Position numbers and translations under genes: made by a program. Of a DNA stretch of 64,000 nt, positions 11,460 to 24,639 are shown piece by piece. The notes under the pieces were generated by a model that had not been told where the DNA came from, did no database searches, and saw only the letters and a program-made list of their open reading frames with translations. Positions within the stretch are counted from its first letter, which is position 1. Every line of letters begins with the position of its first letter. The stretch is from Guillardia theta CCMP2712 (taxonomy: Eukaryota; Protista; Cryptophyta), in the NCBI RefSeq assembly GCF_000315625.1, contig NW_005434641.1, positions 263,113 through 327,112 on the forward strand, read 5' to 3'.

Positions 11460-11720
11460 GCTCTCTCCGCTGATGTCCGTCTGACCGCTGGATCAGATCA
11501 AACTGGAGGGTGTAGTCACCTGAGATGGGGAGGGACGGTGGTGGGGAGGAGCGGGCGAACTACCATGCTGGGGAGGAGCGATGACAGTTTGCCGTGCGCC
11601 TCAGTGTTTAAAAGGAAGGTTAGTAAAACAATAGAATGCATATCAGATTCATACAATGAGTGACTTTTCTCGGAGTATAGGAGATCTTTGAGGTGAGCTC
11701 GGAACGGGATTCCGCCGAGC

Positions 11721-13024
11721 ATGCTGATGCTGGTTCTCCTGCTACTACTGCAGCTCCTGGGGAGCTTCACATCCGCTTGCCCACCGCCCTTCGCAAGCTC
11801 TCCTTCTCCTACCTTCTTCTCTCCTTGTCCTACCTTCTTCTCTCCTTGTCCTACCTTCTTCTCTCCTTGTCCTACCTTCTTCTCTCCTTCTCCTGCCACA
11901 GCTTTTCTTTCCCCCCTCTCTCAAGGATCCGTCATTCCCGCGTTTCTCCAACCCTCGAAGCTGCCGCACAACTTCTTTCATCATCACAGTAGCTACAGAT
12001 GTACTCATCGATCACTTTCGCTTTCTTCCAACATTGGTATATCTCACCATCCTCACATCAGCACATTGCCGACTTCTTGCATCCAACGTAGACCCAGTCC
12101 ATGCATCTTGAGCAGTGTGTCCAGAGAAGCATCAACCATCGTCGAAGAGTTTGAGAGCGCGGCAGAGTCTGAACAGAACAGGACAGTAGCTGTTCTTGTC
12201 GGATTTCTCGGCTGTCGACTTAACATTTTGGACAAGTATGCAAGTATTTATCAGAGTGTTGGGATGCCAACGATTTGCATCCTCCCGTCGACTCGCTCGA
12301 TGCTCTTGGCGCATCTCGGATTCCGTGGCAAAGGCAGTAAAGATGTGCGGGAGTTTAACGAGATCGTCACGGTGAGCTGATGGTATTCTGCTGCTGGCCA
12401 TCTTCCTGACTTCTTTGAAGAGGCTCAAGGCACGTCATGACACCAAAATCGTGCTTCATCTCTTTTCGAACAATGGTTTCATTTTCTTTGGAAGCTCCTT
12501 GGTGCTTAACCCGTCCCTCGGAAACTTGATTTCTGCCATCGTTTTCGATTCCTGTCCCTGTCCCATCACGGACGAGGTGGCAGCAACTGGGTTGCTGTCG
12601 GCGATTGCGCGAGTGAATGCAGAGGAGGCTCGGAGAAAAGGGTGGTGGGAACCTCTAAGGGTTGTGTGCTCGCCCCTGGTCGCCTTGATGAACCGGAGAC
12701 AAACCCTCATATGGGAGACATGGAGGACGGCATTCCCCCGAGCTCCGGCCTTGTTTTTGTACAGGTGAGGGAAGGGTATCGCTCCTGGCATGCGCAACTG
12801 ACCAGGTCATTAGCCGCAGTGATGCTGTGGTGCCACCGGACGAGATCGAGAGGTTCATAGCTGCTTACGAGGTCAGTTTGAGCAGTGCTGGGCTGCCGGT
12901 GGAAAAGGAGCAGTGGGAGGATGCAGAGCACTGTGGTATCTTGCGGCTCTATCCCCAAGAATACAGTCAGAGAATACTTGAGTTCGTCAGACATGTTGTT
13001 TTTGCAGGGGATACTTTATTCTAA
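11721..13024 (+). CDS. DUF829 / TMEM53-like alpha-beta hydrolase-fold protein with signal peptide (3 exons)
   Basis: Motifs VLVGFLGC...DKYASIY, HLFSNNG, IVFDSCP, LFLYS..D.VVP, WEDAEHCGILRLYPQEY; introns at ~12372-12420 and ~12765-12818. Confidence 0.8.
11808..11891 (+). repeat. 21-bp tandem repeat x4 (CCTACCTTCTTCTCTCCTTGT) encoding PTFFSPC
   Basis: Seen directly in sequence. Confidence 0.95.
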
Positions 13025-13085
13025 CACCAATTCTACACCAGTTTTGCAAGCTCGCAGCAGCAAAGCCAAATTCTAACCAGCAAGT

Positions 13086-16000
13086 TCAATCCTTATGCTG
13101 AGAGTCTTGCAGCATCTTGTCGTATTCCATATTCAATCTCTTGTTAATTTCAAGAAGACTCCTGAGCTCGTTCACCAACAGATTCGCCGAATCAGAATCA
13201 GAACTGGCATCCTGGACAATAGGCTAAGCAGAAACCTCAAAGTCTTGCACTTATCAGAACCTTTTGAGCAGCATGGTCTTCGCCATCTTCAGCTTCATCC
13301 TCTTCAACAAGGTGCTAGAAACCAGCAGTCAACAGAGACAGCTGCGAATCGTACCTCACCAGTGCAGGGTGACGACCAATGGATTCTTCGGTGATGTTCA
13401 ACGTAGCTCGAATCTCTGCTGGAATACTATGCAGAATTTGCTCAAAGGTGGCAAATTGTTTCCTTTTGAGAAGCAACTCTACTGCCTGTTCTCCTTGTGA
13501 GAAACTCCAAAATGAAAATCATAGCGATCACCTTCAGGAGGATTTCGCTTTTTGGAATTCCAAATGAGAAGGAGTATTGAGTCAACAGAGACAAATCTGA
13601 CGCCAATGACGGGATTTGTTCTTCATCATCTCCATATTGTTTTGCCATATCCTCCTTTGCTTCCATGTATGAATCGACCTGACGAAAAATAGTCAGAGAT
13701 GTTTGATTCTCGACGTATTTGTCAAATGGACGGACCAAAATAGCAAGAAGAATGTTGAGCAGCACAATGTTGACTAGAAAAATGAATGTTGTATAGAAGA
13801 CCACAGCCATCTTCCCGTCTACCCTCGCCATCGAAGCGAAATGATCCAAACCAGCTCCAAGCATCCTGAACAGATGTCAACACCTTTGGGATTCGATGCT
13901 CAACTCACATCATCCATCCCGACGAAAGTGCGATAGGTAATGTTGAGAACATGTGCATTTCGGGACCAAAGAGAACATGCGATATAGCAGAGAATCCATA
14001 CAGGAATGTCATGAACATCAGAGCAAAATGGTAAAGATCAGGAATAGATTTCTCCAGTGTATTGTTGACAATGGCAAGTCGCGGCTGGAAACGATAATAC
14101 TTGAAGCATTTCAGGAGGCACCTGCGACATGTCAAGCACAATATCATATGCTGCATGCCTCTCGGAGCAATTACAAGAGCACGTTGAAAAAGTTTCCGAG
14201 GAGCTGATTCTGAATGATGGACGACGCTCTTTCTAGAATGATTTCATATTGATTCGTGGGGACCTATTTGCAGATCATGAAATCAAAAATATATCTCAGC
14301 TTCAAGGACTTATTTGACCTGGATGATATTATTTTTGGATGTGATCATCTGTGTAAGCGAAATACGAAGGATGATGTAGTAGATAAATAGCAGGTAATTG
14401 AGAATATCTATGAGTGTCCACTTGTCCAAAAAGAATGACTTGAGTCCGTTGTGACTTGCTTCGACGTTCTTTTCCCCTTTCAGATCTTTTCCATCCCATC
14501 CTCCTACCATGAAGCACTGGAGACCTTGTCTGGATCGTAGATTACCACAAGAAATCGATAAGACTTCAAAAATCACCGGATCAACCCTGAGATGTTGTAG
14601 AAGATAAAAACCATAAGAATGATTTCCAGGCTCTGGCATTCAACAACAATTAGATTGGAATTTGGAGCTGTGGGGACAAGAGCACCATTCTGATCGCGTC
14701 GGAAGTAACGCCAGGGGTGCAAATAGAGCATTTAGATTGGTCGGAGAGGGCAGTGCTGTTTAAGCATTGTAGCCTCTCTTGCTCGCTGTTGACACATCCT
14801 CCAACTTGTTGAATCCGATAGGGTTCCATATCGATGGACTGACATCGTGAACAAATCAGCACTTCTTTCTCTAGGTATACAAAGCTAACCTCTATCTTGA
14901 CAATGGTACCGCCCTTGGTGTTGAAAGGCTTGTAGGTTCCAGTCGTGGAGTAGCCAAACTTGATCTTCACAAATGTAAACCGGTGAAGCATTCCGTTGTA
15001 AACAGCGAATTTGATTTCGATTTTTCTTGTGAACCTTTGCACAGGAGTCAGCAAGTGAGAAGCATTTGTTTGAAGACTCCCGTCACCTATCGAGCCATCG
15101 ATTGTCGATCAAGAATTGAACTTTCTCTTGATTTCGAGCCGGGCCATCTGCTAGAGAAAGAAACACTTGGAAACCGCCAGCGCCATATTGAGGTTCTATC
15201 TTTGAAGAATAGGGCGACCAATAGCCAATGGAGTTTGGAGGTGCTGTCCCGTTGGGAACGCGGTAGGTAAACGCCTTCCAGAAACCTGGTTTCGTCGGAT
15301 CATTTCGCGTCGCATTCACGTCATGCGGAGATGTTGGCGGCGCCATCTGATCTGGAACAACGTTGTCAAATTCGTCAGCCTTGACTGTCCAAGGCACTTT
15401 GGTCCAGTCAGTTCTGTGCTCTTTTGGAAGTATGTTTTCGATCGGGGTAGTATCATAGCACACAGGATAGAACTTGTCGTAAGCGCTGGAGCAGTTGTCG
15501 AAGAGAACACCATTCCGCATCTTTGTACAGTTGAACATGGGCGTTTGACATGGAACCTAAAAAGATAGTGAGAGGAGCTACACACTTCATATCACACGCA
15601 GACCTTCACTTGACCTCGCTGTTGTACAATTAGTAGACCCCCAACGAGTTTGTTATAATGAAGAATATATCCGGACTCGTTCGTCTGAAAAGCTCTGCCG
15701 TTGTACCAAGAGCTCGGAAACACATTTGGCATAATTGTACCTTGAAGACTGGAACAAGCATTAAGATGCACCCAACGTGAATTAGCAAGACTCACTAGCC
15801 AAAGAAATCAGCATGAGTATTAATGCCCTGAAGCGAGTTTGACTCATCCACCACCGTTTGCCTCAGAGCTTCATCTATGGAGTATACCTTGTCTACCTGT
15901 GACCTTGTGTCAAACTTTTCAAGTACGCAACAACTCAAATCGTTACCTGTAGCTGAATTACAAGAACATAAACATAAAGTACAAGAAATAGTATGAAGAA

Positions 16001-16344
16001 AGCTAGATCAGCATATCCCTTGCGCATGGTTGGAAGCTCGCGCAAGTTTCGTGCCGTCTTTTCAAGTGCAACCAGCATCTTCCTGACAAGAAAGCTTTAA
16101 CCCTTTGACTGAAGTCGAAACGTGCACAGAATTATGTGTGAAATGTACAGGAATGATCGTGAGAGAATGTGCAGAAGTCAGCTGACACAGGATGCAGCAA
16201 GAGAACAACTGAGTGTACACAAGCACTCACGCCACACAGGCTTGAAGCAACCCAGCAAATCCTTAAGTCACGTTGCAGCAGGACAACACGCGGAAGCAAT
16301 CAGTGACATCCGGGGGGAGGCAGCCGGGTCGAGAACTCAACATC
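13086..16344 (-). CDS. Polycystin-2 (PKD2/TRPP)-like cation channel, multi-exon; 5' end uncertain
   Basis: Exon fragments YGAGGFQVFL, WLDRFTRKIEIKFAVYNG, KYYRFQPRLAIVNNTL...FLYGFSAISHVLFG...FSTL and FIFLVNIVLLNILLAILVDSY match PKD channel motifs. Confidence 0.85.
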
Positions 16345-17191
16345 ATAAGTGAACGACATGAAGAGGCTCTGAGAGGAGAGGAGGGACTGCAAGAGCGGCT
16401 CTGACTCTGACTCGGAGGAGAGGGGGACTCGGGAGGAAGTGCATTTCGGTGAAGCGCCAGGGGTAAAGTCGTGTCCAAGAGCAGGCCGGCCCTATCTTTT
16501 AAGCCGCTGTGCCGCCGGGCCCGACTCACCGGGCACTTTTGCATGATAGTACTTTGGCATGGTACGAGTCTTACGTCGGAGTACCGTACAAAATTGCCGG
16601 CCGGCCGGCCGGTGGCGACCGGCGGGCTCTCCGGTTATTTCCGTTAGAAGGCGTTATTTGTGGTTACGTTTTTTTTACCTCATGCCGCCGCCTTTCCTCT
16701 GCTATGCCACTCCCTGCCGCTCGCTTCACCTCGCAGTCTCCTCAAGAGCCCTCTCGCGCTCTCATATCTCGTCTCACTCGTCTTCTCTCATCTAAGTCTA
16801 ACTCTTCCTTCCTGGTCCTTTTGATTGGTCCTTCCGCGTCTTCCTCTCGACCAGCTCACCCTCCGACTGTTTGTTCCTTCATCCTTTCAATCTTCGACAT
16901 GCAAGCAAGAACTCGAGCATGCAGCTCACGCTAAAACCTTATTGTCAACACTCATACATTCATTAGTTTAATACCCTGCTCCTGCTCTTGCATTCCACCC
17001 TCACTAAAAACTCCTTATGGACTTCGTCTTGATACGGTTTTGTTTGAGTGTTTGACACCTTAAAGAATATATCTCTGCAATAACAGTACTTGCACACAAT
17101 CTCTTCGGCCTATCTATCATTGTCTCAAGATCAAACTTCATACTGATATTTCGTTCAGGAGTAACTCTTTTGCTTTGTCGTTGGAAGGGCC

Positions 17192-19066
17192 GTGCAGGTC
17201 CTGCAAAGCCCAAAAGCCGAATTTTTAAGTTCTGAAATAATTCCAGGTTTCACCGCGTTAGAGACTGCCAATATGCCTTCTCCTCTCGAGTATCAGGTTC
17301 TAGCGCTGCCTCAGCTCGATGGAGCGGACACCAAGGACAAGATGACAAAGAATCAGAAGAAGAAAATGAAGAAGAAGGAGAAGAAAAAGCAGAACCCAGA
17401 AGAGTCAACTGAAAATGCTGAGGGAGTTGTGAAAGTGGAAGCCAATGGCACAGATATGAATGGTCTTGAGGGTCTGGAGATCGAGTATGTCACTGATATG
17501 ATGTTGGACGAGAATGATCCCAATTTTGACGAATGGGCAAAGATCTTTCATAAATTTCAGAAAGGACCCCAGAAGAAAGAGCTGGACGACGAGGCTATGG
17601 GTGCTGGTCTCGATGGTGAAGAAGCAGTTCAGCCCAAAGTGACCGAAGTCAAGAAGGAGAAGAATTTTGATAGTGATGACGAAGACAATCAAACGTCGAA
17701 GCAAAAGCTGAGTAAGAAGAAGTATAAACAGTTGCACAGGCTGTCGATTGCTGAGTTGAAGCAGCTTGTGAAGAGGCCAGATGTCGTTGAAGTGTGGGAT
17801 GTTACTTCGTCGGATCCTCGATTGCTTGTGTACTTGAAGAGCTACAGAAATACTGTCGCTGTTCCTCGCCACTGGTGCAACAAGAGGAAGTACCTTCAGG
17901 GGAAACGTGGTATTGAGAAGCCCCCATTCCAGCTTCCACACTTCATTGAAGCTACTGGTATTGCAAAGTTGAGAGCAGCCTATGAGGAAAAAGAAAATGA
18001 GAAGAATGCAAAGCAGAAAGCACGAGCCATGTCAAGACCAAAAGTAAGTAAGATGGACATTGATTATCAAGTGCTCCACGATGCCTTCTTTCGATACCAA
18101 ACAAAACCGAGGCTGACGGGTCATGGAGATGTTTATTATGAAGGCAAGGAGTTCGAGGTCAAGTACAAGGAAAAGAGAGCAGGTGTATTGTCGGAAGAAT
18201 TGAAACACGCTTTGGGTATGCCTTCCGAAGGCGTTCCGGTTCCACCTCCCTGGCTCATCAACATGCAAAGATATGGACCACCACCTTCGTACCCAAATCT
18301 GAAAATTCCTGGTTTGAATGCACCTATACCCTCTGGGGCCCAGTTTGGTTATCATCCGGGAGGGTGGGGTAAGCCACCAGTTGACGAGTTCGGACGTCCG
18401 ATTTATGGTGACGTTTTCGGGACGAACGATACCGGTGGAGCTGCTATGAATGAAGCGCCGATAGACAAGAGAAGATGGGGTGAAATCGAGGAAGTTGAGG
18501 AGGAAGAGGAGGAGGAGGAAGAAGAGGAGGAAGAGGCCGTCGACGAGGAAGCTGTGCAGTCTGGTATCAGTTCAGTAACCTCTGGCCTTGAGACCCCATC
18601 CTCTACCGGCATCGAATCTATCGAACTGCGCAAGAATGCTATGTCTGGAGGATTGGACACTCCTGATTCCTCGATTGCGTCAACAGACTTCAACTTGAGG
18701 AAGGACAAATCACTTTACAAGGTCATCTCACAGGAGGACTCCAAGGTAGGATCGGACCTCATTGGTTCATCCTTCAAGTATAACATCTCAGATTCATCCG
18801 ATTCAGCCGCTGCTCGCAAAGACAAGCGTCATGTCGACTTGATGAAGAGCCAGGCATCTGCTGGAGTGGAAGTCACCATTGATGCCTCAGAGCTTGAAAA
18901 CATGGATGAGCGCATGTTGAAGGACAAGTACGATGAAAAAGTTTCTGGGAACAAGCAACATCGTGAAGATGTCAGCGAGGTCTTTGAAGAGCAGGCAAAG
19001 AAACGAGCGAAGAAAGGCGGCGACAAGGACAAGAAGAACAAGTATAAGGAGTATGCCTGGGGATAA
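17192..19066 (+). CDS. SF3B2: Splicing factor 3B subunit 2 (SAP145/CUS1); true start may be a downstream ATG
   Basis: LSIAELKQLVKRPDVVEVWD, DPRLLVYLKSYRNTVAVPRHW, DIDYQVLHDAFF, PPPWLINMQRYGPPPSYPNLKIPGLNAP (DUF382 + PSP domains). Confidence 0.97.
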   Translation: MQVLQSPKAEFLSSEIIPGFTALETANMPSPLEYQVLALPQLDGADTKDKMTKNQKKKMKKKEKKKQNPEESTENAEGVVKVEANGTDMNGLEGLEIEYVTDMMLDENDPNFDEWAKIFHKFQKGPQKKELDDEAMGAGLDGEEAVQPKVTEVKKEKNFDSDDEDNQTSKQKLSKKKYKQLHRLSIAELKQLVKRPDVVEVWDVTSSDPRLLVYLKSYRNTVAVPRHWCNKRKYLQGKRGIEKPPFQLPHFIEATGIAKLRAAYEEKENEKNAKQKARAMSRPKVSKMDIDYQVLHDAFFRYQTKPRLTGHGDVYYEGKEFEVKYKEKRAGVLSEELKHALGMPSEGVPVPPPWLINMQRYGPPPSYPNLKIPGLNAPIPSGAQFGYHPGGWGKPPVDEFGRPIYGDVFGTNDTGGAAMNEAPIDKRRWGEIEEVEEEEEEEEEEEEEAVDEEAVQSGISSVTSGLETPSSTGIESIELRKNAMSGGLDTPDSSIASTDFNLRKDKSLYKVISQEDSKVGSDLIGSSFKYNISDSSDSAAARKDKRHVDLMKSQASAGVEVTIDASELENMDERMLKDKYDEKVSGNKQHREDVSEVFEEQAKKRAKKGGDKDKKNKYKEYAWG

Positions 19067-19625
19067 TTTGATGACCTCAGACAAGCACAGCCGGCATGTT
19101 AACGTGGCAGCAGTTGATCTTGCATCACTGTTTCCCAAGTTTCAGGTAAGATGCGAATGTGGGGGCGATTTTTGTTCTTAGAATAAAGATTCCCGCTGTG
19201 ATGGTATTTTTTCTCACGATCAGAGGTTTTGCAGCTTTAGTTAAAATACTCTTGTATGTCACGTGTGACTGTGCGCTAATGCGCGCAACATGGTACTGTG
19301 AAAGAAGGGGGTGGTGTCAGTTTTGGAATTCCTCCCTTCAGACGTACGCAGTCTCTGCTTAGAGTGAGAAAGGTTCAAAATCCAATCATATTTTGCACCG
19401 ACGCAGCGGTGTCGTTGGTATGTGCGATGTCGGAACTGATGTGAATTGGACGATCGATCCTTGAGCTCTGCACGATACCCTGGGGACCAGCAGATCTCTT
19501 CGGATCATGCGTCTGCTCGAGCTATCACGCTCAGCAGAAACAATTCAAGTCAAGCACCTCTGCTGCCAAAGTGTTCTGACGCTGAAATCTTTCCCACGCT
19601 GCCCGTTCGATCGGGTTCATATGCT

Positions 19626-19967
19626 CTACATCCAGGTCAGTTGTATGATTGGAGTTAGCTTGAGCTTACTCTTAGACATCTTGTCATGACTCGATTTAGA
19701 GGATTCGCTGAGTTTGTTCTCTAGAGCCGCCCTCCTCGCGATCAGTTCCCTCTCGAAAGCCTGAACATGAGTCAAATGAAACACCAAACGGTTGATAGCA
19801 ACGTTTCTCTCTACCTTTGTAGTCTCTTTGTCATACTTGAGATGATTGCGAGCTTTGCTTTCATGCGGCAACTCTGTCAAAGTGCAACTTGAATATGAAC
19901 AAAGAAATCGACGTTGGAATACCCGCAGCTTGAAGATAGAGTCTCTCTGCCGCTTTCGTTGGAGCAA
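19626..19967 (-). CDS. Hypothetical protein fragment
   Basis: ORF with a plausible in-frame GTAGAG...TTCAG intron (~19814-19761); no recognisable domain. Confidence 0.25.
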   Translation of the reverse strand: MLQRKRQRDSIFKLRVFQRRFLCSYSSCTLTELPHESKARNHLKYDKETTKVERNVAINRLVFHLTHVQAFERELIARRAALENKLSESSKSSHDKMSKSKLKLTPIIQLTWM

Positions 19968-20560
19968 ATACTTCTGTCAGCATTCAATGCAGAAAGAGAG
20001 AAATTTCTATCGAAGGAGGCGTCGTAAGAATCCAAAGTGTCTCCTGTCCTGCCTTATCTGCAAAACAATTGATTCAACACCTTGGTTGTGAAGTACTCTT
20101 TGTTTCCATTCTCGTCCCTTGTCCCTTGTCCCTTGTCCCTTGTCCCTCTCCAGACCTCCTTCTGTGCTCTTATCTTCTCTCTCCTTCGCTCCTCTCGTCT
20201 CGTCTTTCTCTTCTTCTTCATCGTCAGAGCGCCTGGAGACCTCACGCCATGTTTGTACAGCTTTGGAGGTTGGAGACGGTGGGGTCCATAGGAATTCAGG
20301 TTCATTCATTTCACGGGTAGGGTTATATACCCCACCCATACTAAAATACCTTCCATTGAAAAGTGGTTCGAATGAGGGGGTAGGGGATGGATCAATGAAA
20401 TTATCATCAATCTGCAGGTGGGTATAATCGTGATTTATTATGGGTGGGGGTAGTATTTTACCTCACAGATAAGAAGATCCAGGGGTCATTTGTACTACCT
20501 GTAGGGTGGGGAGCTCCAAAGCGGCCGGGGTGGGGGTGGGGGAGGTCACGGGGTTGAAGA

Positions 20561-22537
20561 ATGGGAGAAGAGAAGGAGGAGGACGAGGGGAGGAAGGAGC
20601 AGGGGGTCGACGTTGGAGGAGGCTGGAAGAGGTAAGACATGCCGATCACTCCCATGAGTGCGCAACATGAACATGCGCGATGAGATGTTGTTGCATGTTG
20701 AAGCGCTGCTCTCCTCTACTTTCCCTCCCAGCCTGCGGGGAAAGCGCGAAACGTTTGAGTGATACTCATGATGACATCAGGTACTGGGATGATGTCGAGT
20801 CTGCCAACTACTGGCACAACACAGGTGACATTCCTTTCCTGTGTCATGGAGTGAGTCTGTTGGGCTCCAGAAACTGGACAAACAAAGTGGGAGGATCCGC
20901 TTTCCAAGGAAGGGCAGGACGAGGACGTGCAGGAGGAAGAGGAGGCTGTATCGGAAGAAGTCGACAAGGAAGAAGACGAGAGGAAGAAGCAAGGTGTCGT
21001 TCTTGGAGGTGGATGGATAAGGTGAATGCCCGTTGCTTGTCGTCCACTGCCCGCCTCGGATAGTTCCTAGTGACTTCAAGGTAGGTACTGGGATGAAGGA
21101 GAACAGGCAAACTACTGGCACAACCCTAGTGAGTTCCAAACTTCTCGCCTGCTCGGTTTGTGAACGAGCTGTGACAGACACGGGAGAGACTTCATGGGAT
21201 GAGCCTCCTGCGTCTAAAATGAATGTGAGTTCGAGAGTGGTTGTCTTTGCGTGATTGAGCAACAAACAGACAAAGTGGACGAACTTGTATGATGGAAGAG
21301 CATATCCAGCAGGAGCATGGAACATGCCCCTTGCTATTAAACCTGTCCAAGTACGCAATGGATATGTGTAGAACATCTCTAATGCCTTTCATAGCCTGGT
21401 TCTCAAGGCAATCAGAAAAACAATTCTTTGACTTCCTCCAAATTTCCTGGTAAGAGCATGGGCGTTCGAGGGATAATGCTTAATCTATCGATTTCAGATG
21501 GTTATGACTGGGACACATACGCAATGATGTACGGATTCCGAACAGGGCAGGATGCGTACAACAAGTACTACTACGGAAGCATTGCAGGGAAACCTCAAGG
21601 ACCGGAGAACAAGGGCACGACTCAAGCGTTTGGAGGCTTCATCTACGAGCCTTCGCAGGGGGACTCAGCTTCCAGGTTGAATCAAGTGCTGGCAAACCTG
21701 CCGGAAGGTAAAGAGCCCCATCGACTCTGAGACGATTGCTGACCTTGTCCTCCCTCTGCTACGAAAAGGGGAAGTGGGCGATGCTGAGCCAGCCGTTGAC
21801 GAGGATGGATTGACAGAAGCGCAGAAGATCTTTGGGACCAACGAGACCTTCACTGCTCCCGAGGTCCATGCAATCTGTTCCTGCTGGTGTGCTCATGCAG
21901 CTACAAAAGCTGGCGGAGGCAGCTGCCATGTCCAAGGGCATTGTGGCATCCAAGAAGACCGAAGATGGGCGACCTCAAATAACTCCAGAGGACATCGCCG
22001 CAGCAGCTGAAGGACTTCTTGACCAGGTGAGAAAACAGACGTGGAACTCCTGAGATTGAAAGTTGGAGCAGATCGAAAAAGGCCCCATCACGATGCACAG
22101 GACGGATATCACCAAACACACGCGTATAGCCGAGAAGTACACGAGAGAGGTGGAGAGACCATGATCTGGTTTCTTTTCCGTCTGTTGACTCGTGGATCAG
22201 GTGGCAGTTCGGGCGGCCATGAATGGAGAGACTCCGAAGCAAGAGCAATATCTCTTTCATGCCACCTTCAACAAGACGTCTGGAAGGTTCGAAGGGGCAG
22301 GACAAGTGTGAATACGCCATTGATATGTACCGTGACATTGACACGTCACGCCAGATCCACAAACTCCCTGTCGATGATCCTCGAAGGCAGACCAGTCATT
22401 ATTTCGATTATGACAAGTGGGCTACTGGTTGGTTTGCTATTGAAAGCTTTGCAATGCCGCTGATGCTAGAGTTCGCAGACAAAGCAGCGAAGTCAGCTCG
22501 CGCGGCCAAGCGTGCTAAGACTAACTTGGGGCTTTGA
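20561..22537 (+). CDS. Tandem WW-domain protein, multi-exon
   Basis: Spliced GGGWKR|YWDDVESANYWHNT|ETGQTKWEDP and GGGWIR|YWDEGEQANYWHNP|xTGETSWDEPP; C-terminal YLFHATFNKTSGRF and RRQTSHYFDYDKW. Confidence 0.8.
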
Positions 22538-22756
22538 GGACCTTGAAACGAGCTGTTGAGGGCAGGTGGTGAAAATCTAGGGGCGTTGAGAGGAACGTGA
22601 CAGATGTAGGGAGATGTTCACATGTTTGAGGATCACAAATGGTTTGAATTACAACATAAACCATGATGAGTGATGGGCTTTAAATGGTTTGGAGTACACC
22701 TTAAGACGTGATGATTGATTTACATCTTTAAGGCTCTTCATTTACATGGACTGATG

Positions 22757-24522
22757 TCAGGTTTCTTGCGGAAGCTCAACGATCTTCACTTTCTTTTTCC
22801 CCTCTTGCTTGTCATGAGCCGCCTGGCCCTGGGCTTCTTCCTCCTTCCAGTCCTTCTCCAATCTCTCCTTTACGATCAGTACTTGTGCCTGCAAGAGATT
22901 GATAACATCTGGATCGCGTTAGTGAACACACGAAGAACGACCAACTAGCCCGGCAAACAATACCTGTGCCAACTTCGTTGATCCAGCTGCAGAAGAAGAC
23001 AACCTTCTTCGAAGTTCTGTCCAGCCTGCTCTTGAATGACTTTTGGATGCTCGATGCAGCGCTCGCTCTTTGCAGGATGGCAAGGGTGTCGGAGAGGGCA
23101 GCTAGAACCCTCATCTTGAACTGGAGGAGGCGATGAATGTCGTCTACGAGCTCCTATACATGTCATGAGCTACAAGAGATGATAGTTATCGCGACGAGGT
23201 ACCAGGACGAAAGGCATGTGAGCACGTTTGAGGGACGAGGAGCTGATCAGATCAATACTCTGCTCCATGCAGGAGTTGAGAGACTCGGCAACCTGGGGGA
23301 ACAGGCGGAGGGGAGGGTCACAACTCGGAAACGTGGAGGAGGGACAGCATGGCACGGAGATGGAGGAGAGAAGATGGGCAGAGTGTCATATGAAGAGAGC
23401 AAGCAGTGCTAGGGAGTGACCCTCACGTTCTTGGGAGGGACACATTCCTCCTGGCGCGCCGACGGGGAGAGCATGTAGGGTGAGGACTCGCATAAGATCC
23501 TCGCGCTCTCGAGCAGAATCTCTTGATCAGAATCTGTGTCTCCGTTGCATCTGATAGCAGCGCGTCATTCCTCGACGGCATTCCCTCCCCTCGCAATCGT
23601 CTACCTCCTTTTGGTCAGAACATAACTCCACAGCATTCCCACAAGGATGAAGGGAAGCAACGGCGAGGGCTCTTTCCGACTCAAAGTACTAAACTTGGGA
23701 ATTTCTTTGAGAATCCTCGGCATTCTTCTCGAGGACATCTCTCCGTCCTCCTCCTCCTCCTCCTCCTCCTCCTCCTCTACCTCTATCGCGCAACCACTCT
23801 GCATCCACCATGGCACCCACTGCTGCATCAGTCCATCCAGTTTCCCTTCCCTCACGGCCTGCTCGACTTCCATCAGCAACAGTCCCTGCAAGGCTCCTCA
23901 CCAACCTTAATGAACGCTTGCTGCTGTGCTGCCGACAAGTCTTCCCATTGCGTGTTCTCATCCAGCTTCAACTGCCGCCATCTATCAAAGCTCATATCTC
24001 TTCCGCCGCTGATCGAGCATTGAGCATGCTCATCGTACCCCTTCAAGCTCCTCTCCCAGATCGTCTTCGTCGCACTCGTCCTGCATGGTAGGGATTACCA
24101 TCACAGACTGTCGGACAACAAGATCCCTTGAAGGGAAGCAGCGCGGCGTACCTTGTCGCTCTCCTCTTCCGCTTGCTCGCTGTGCATTCTCTTCCTACAG
24201 GCATGTGTAAGGAGGAAGCAAGGCATGATGCAGCGTTTACAAGATATCCATCATTTTCTTCTTCTCGTTGTCATCGACTCCCTCGCGCCCTTTGATCTCG
24301 TTCATCACCTGTAGAGCGAGCTCAACCAAGGAAGCAACAAGCACTGCCGACCTCGCCCTTGAAGAACATCTCGGCACATCTGCCCTCGTTGTGACTCTTG
24401 TAGCATGCGCTTGAGCAGATCCTTCCCTGGCACCGCCTGCATCTTCCCATCAAACTTCCTGATGCGCCTGTTCCCGCTCCTGCTTCGCTGCCGACGCCGC
24501 ATCCGACGCACGCATCTGCCAT
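22757..24522 (-). CDS. ZNHIT2: Zinc finger HIT protein, ZNHIT2-like, multi-exon
   Basis: CVGC...CRRCQGRICSSACYKSHNEGRCAEMFF (zf-HIT); LMQQWVPWW; PSPLL; KKVVFFCSW; C-terminal KIVEL. Confidence 0.75.
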
Positions 24523-24639
24523 GGCAAAGCCGGCCAAAAAAGGATCAAAGCGAGCCCACGCCGGAGTACATACATAGGGAGTGAGACAAGACACTAACTG
24601 AAGAAGCATTTGAAATAGAGCACGGTACCGTACATCTGC

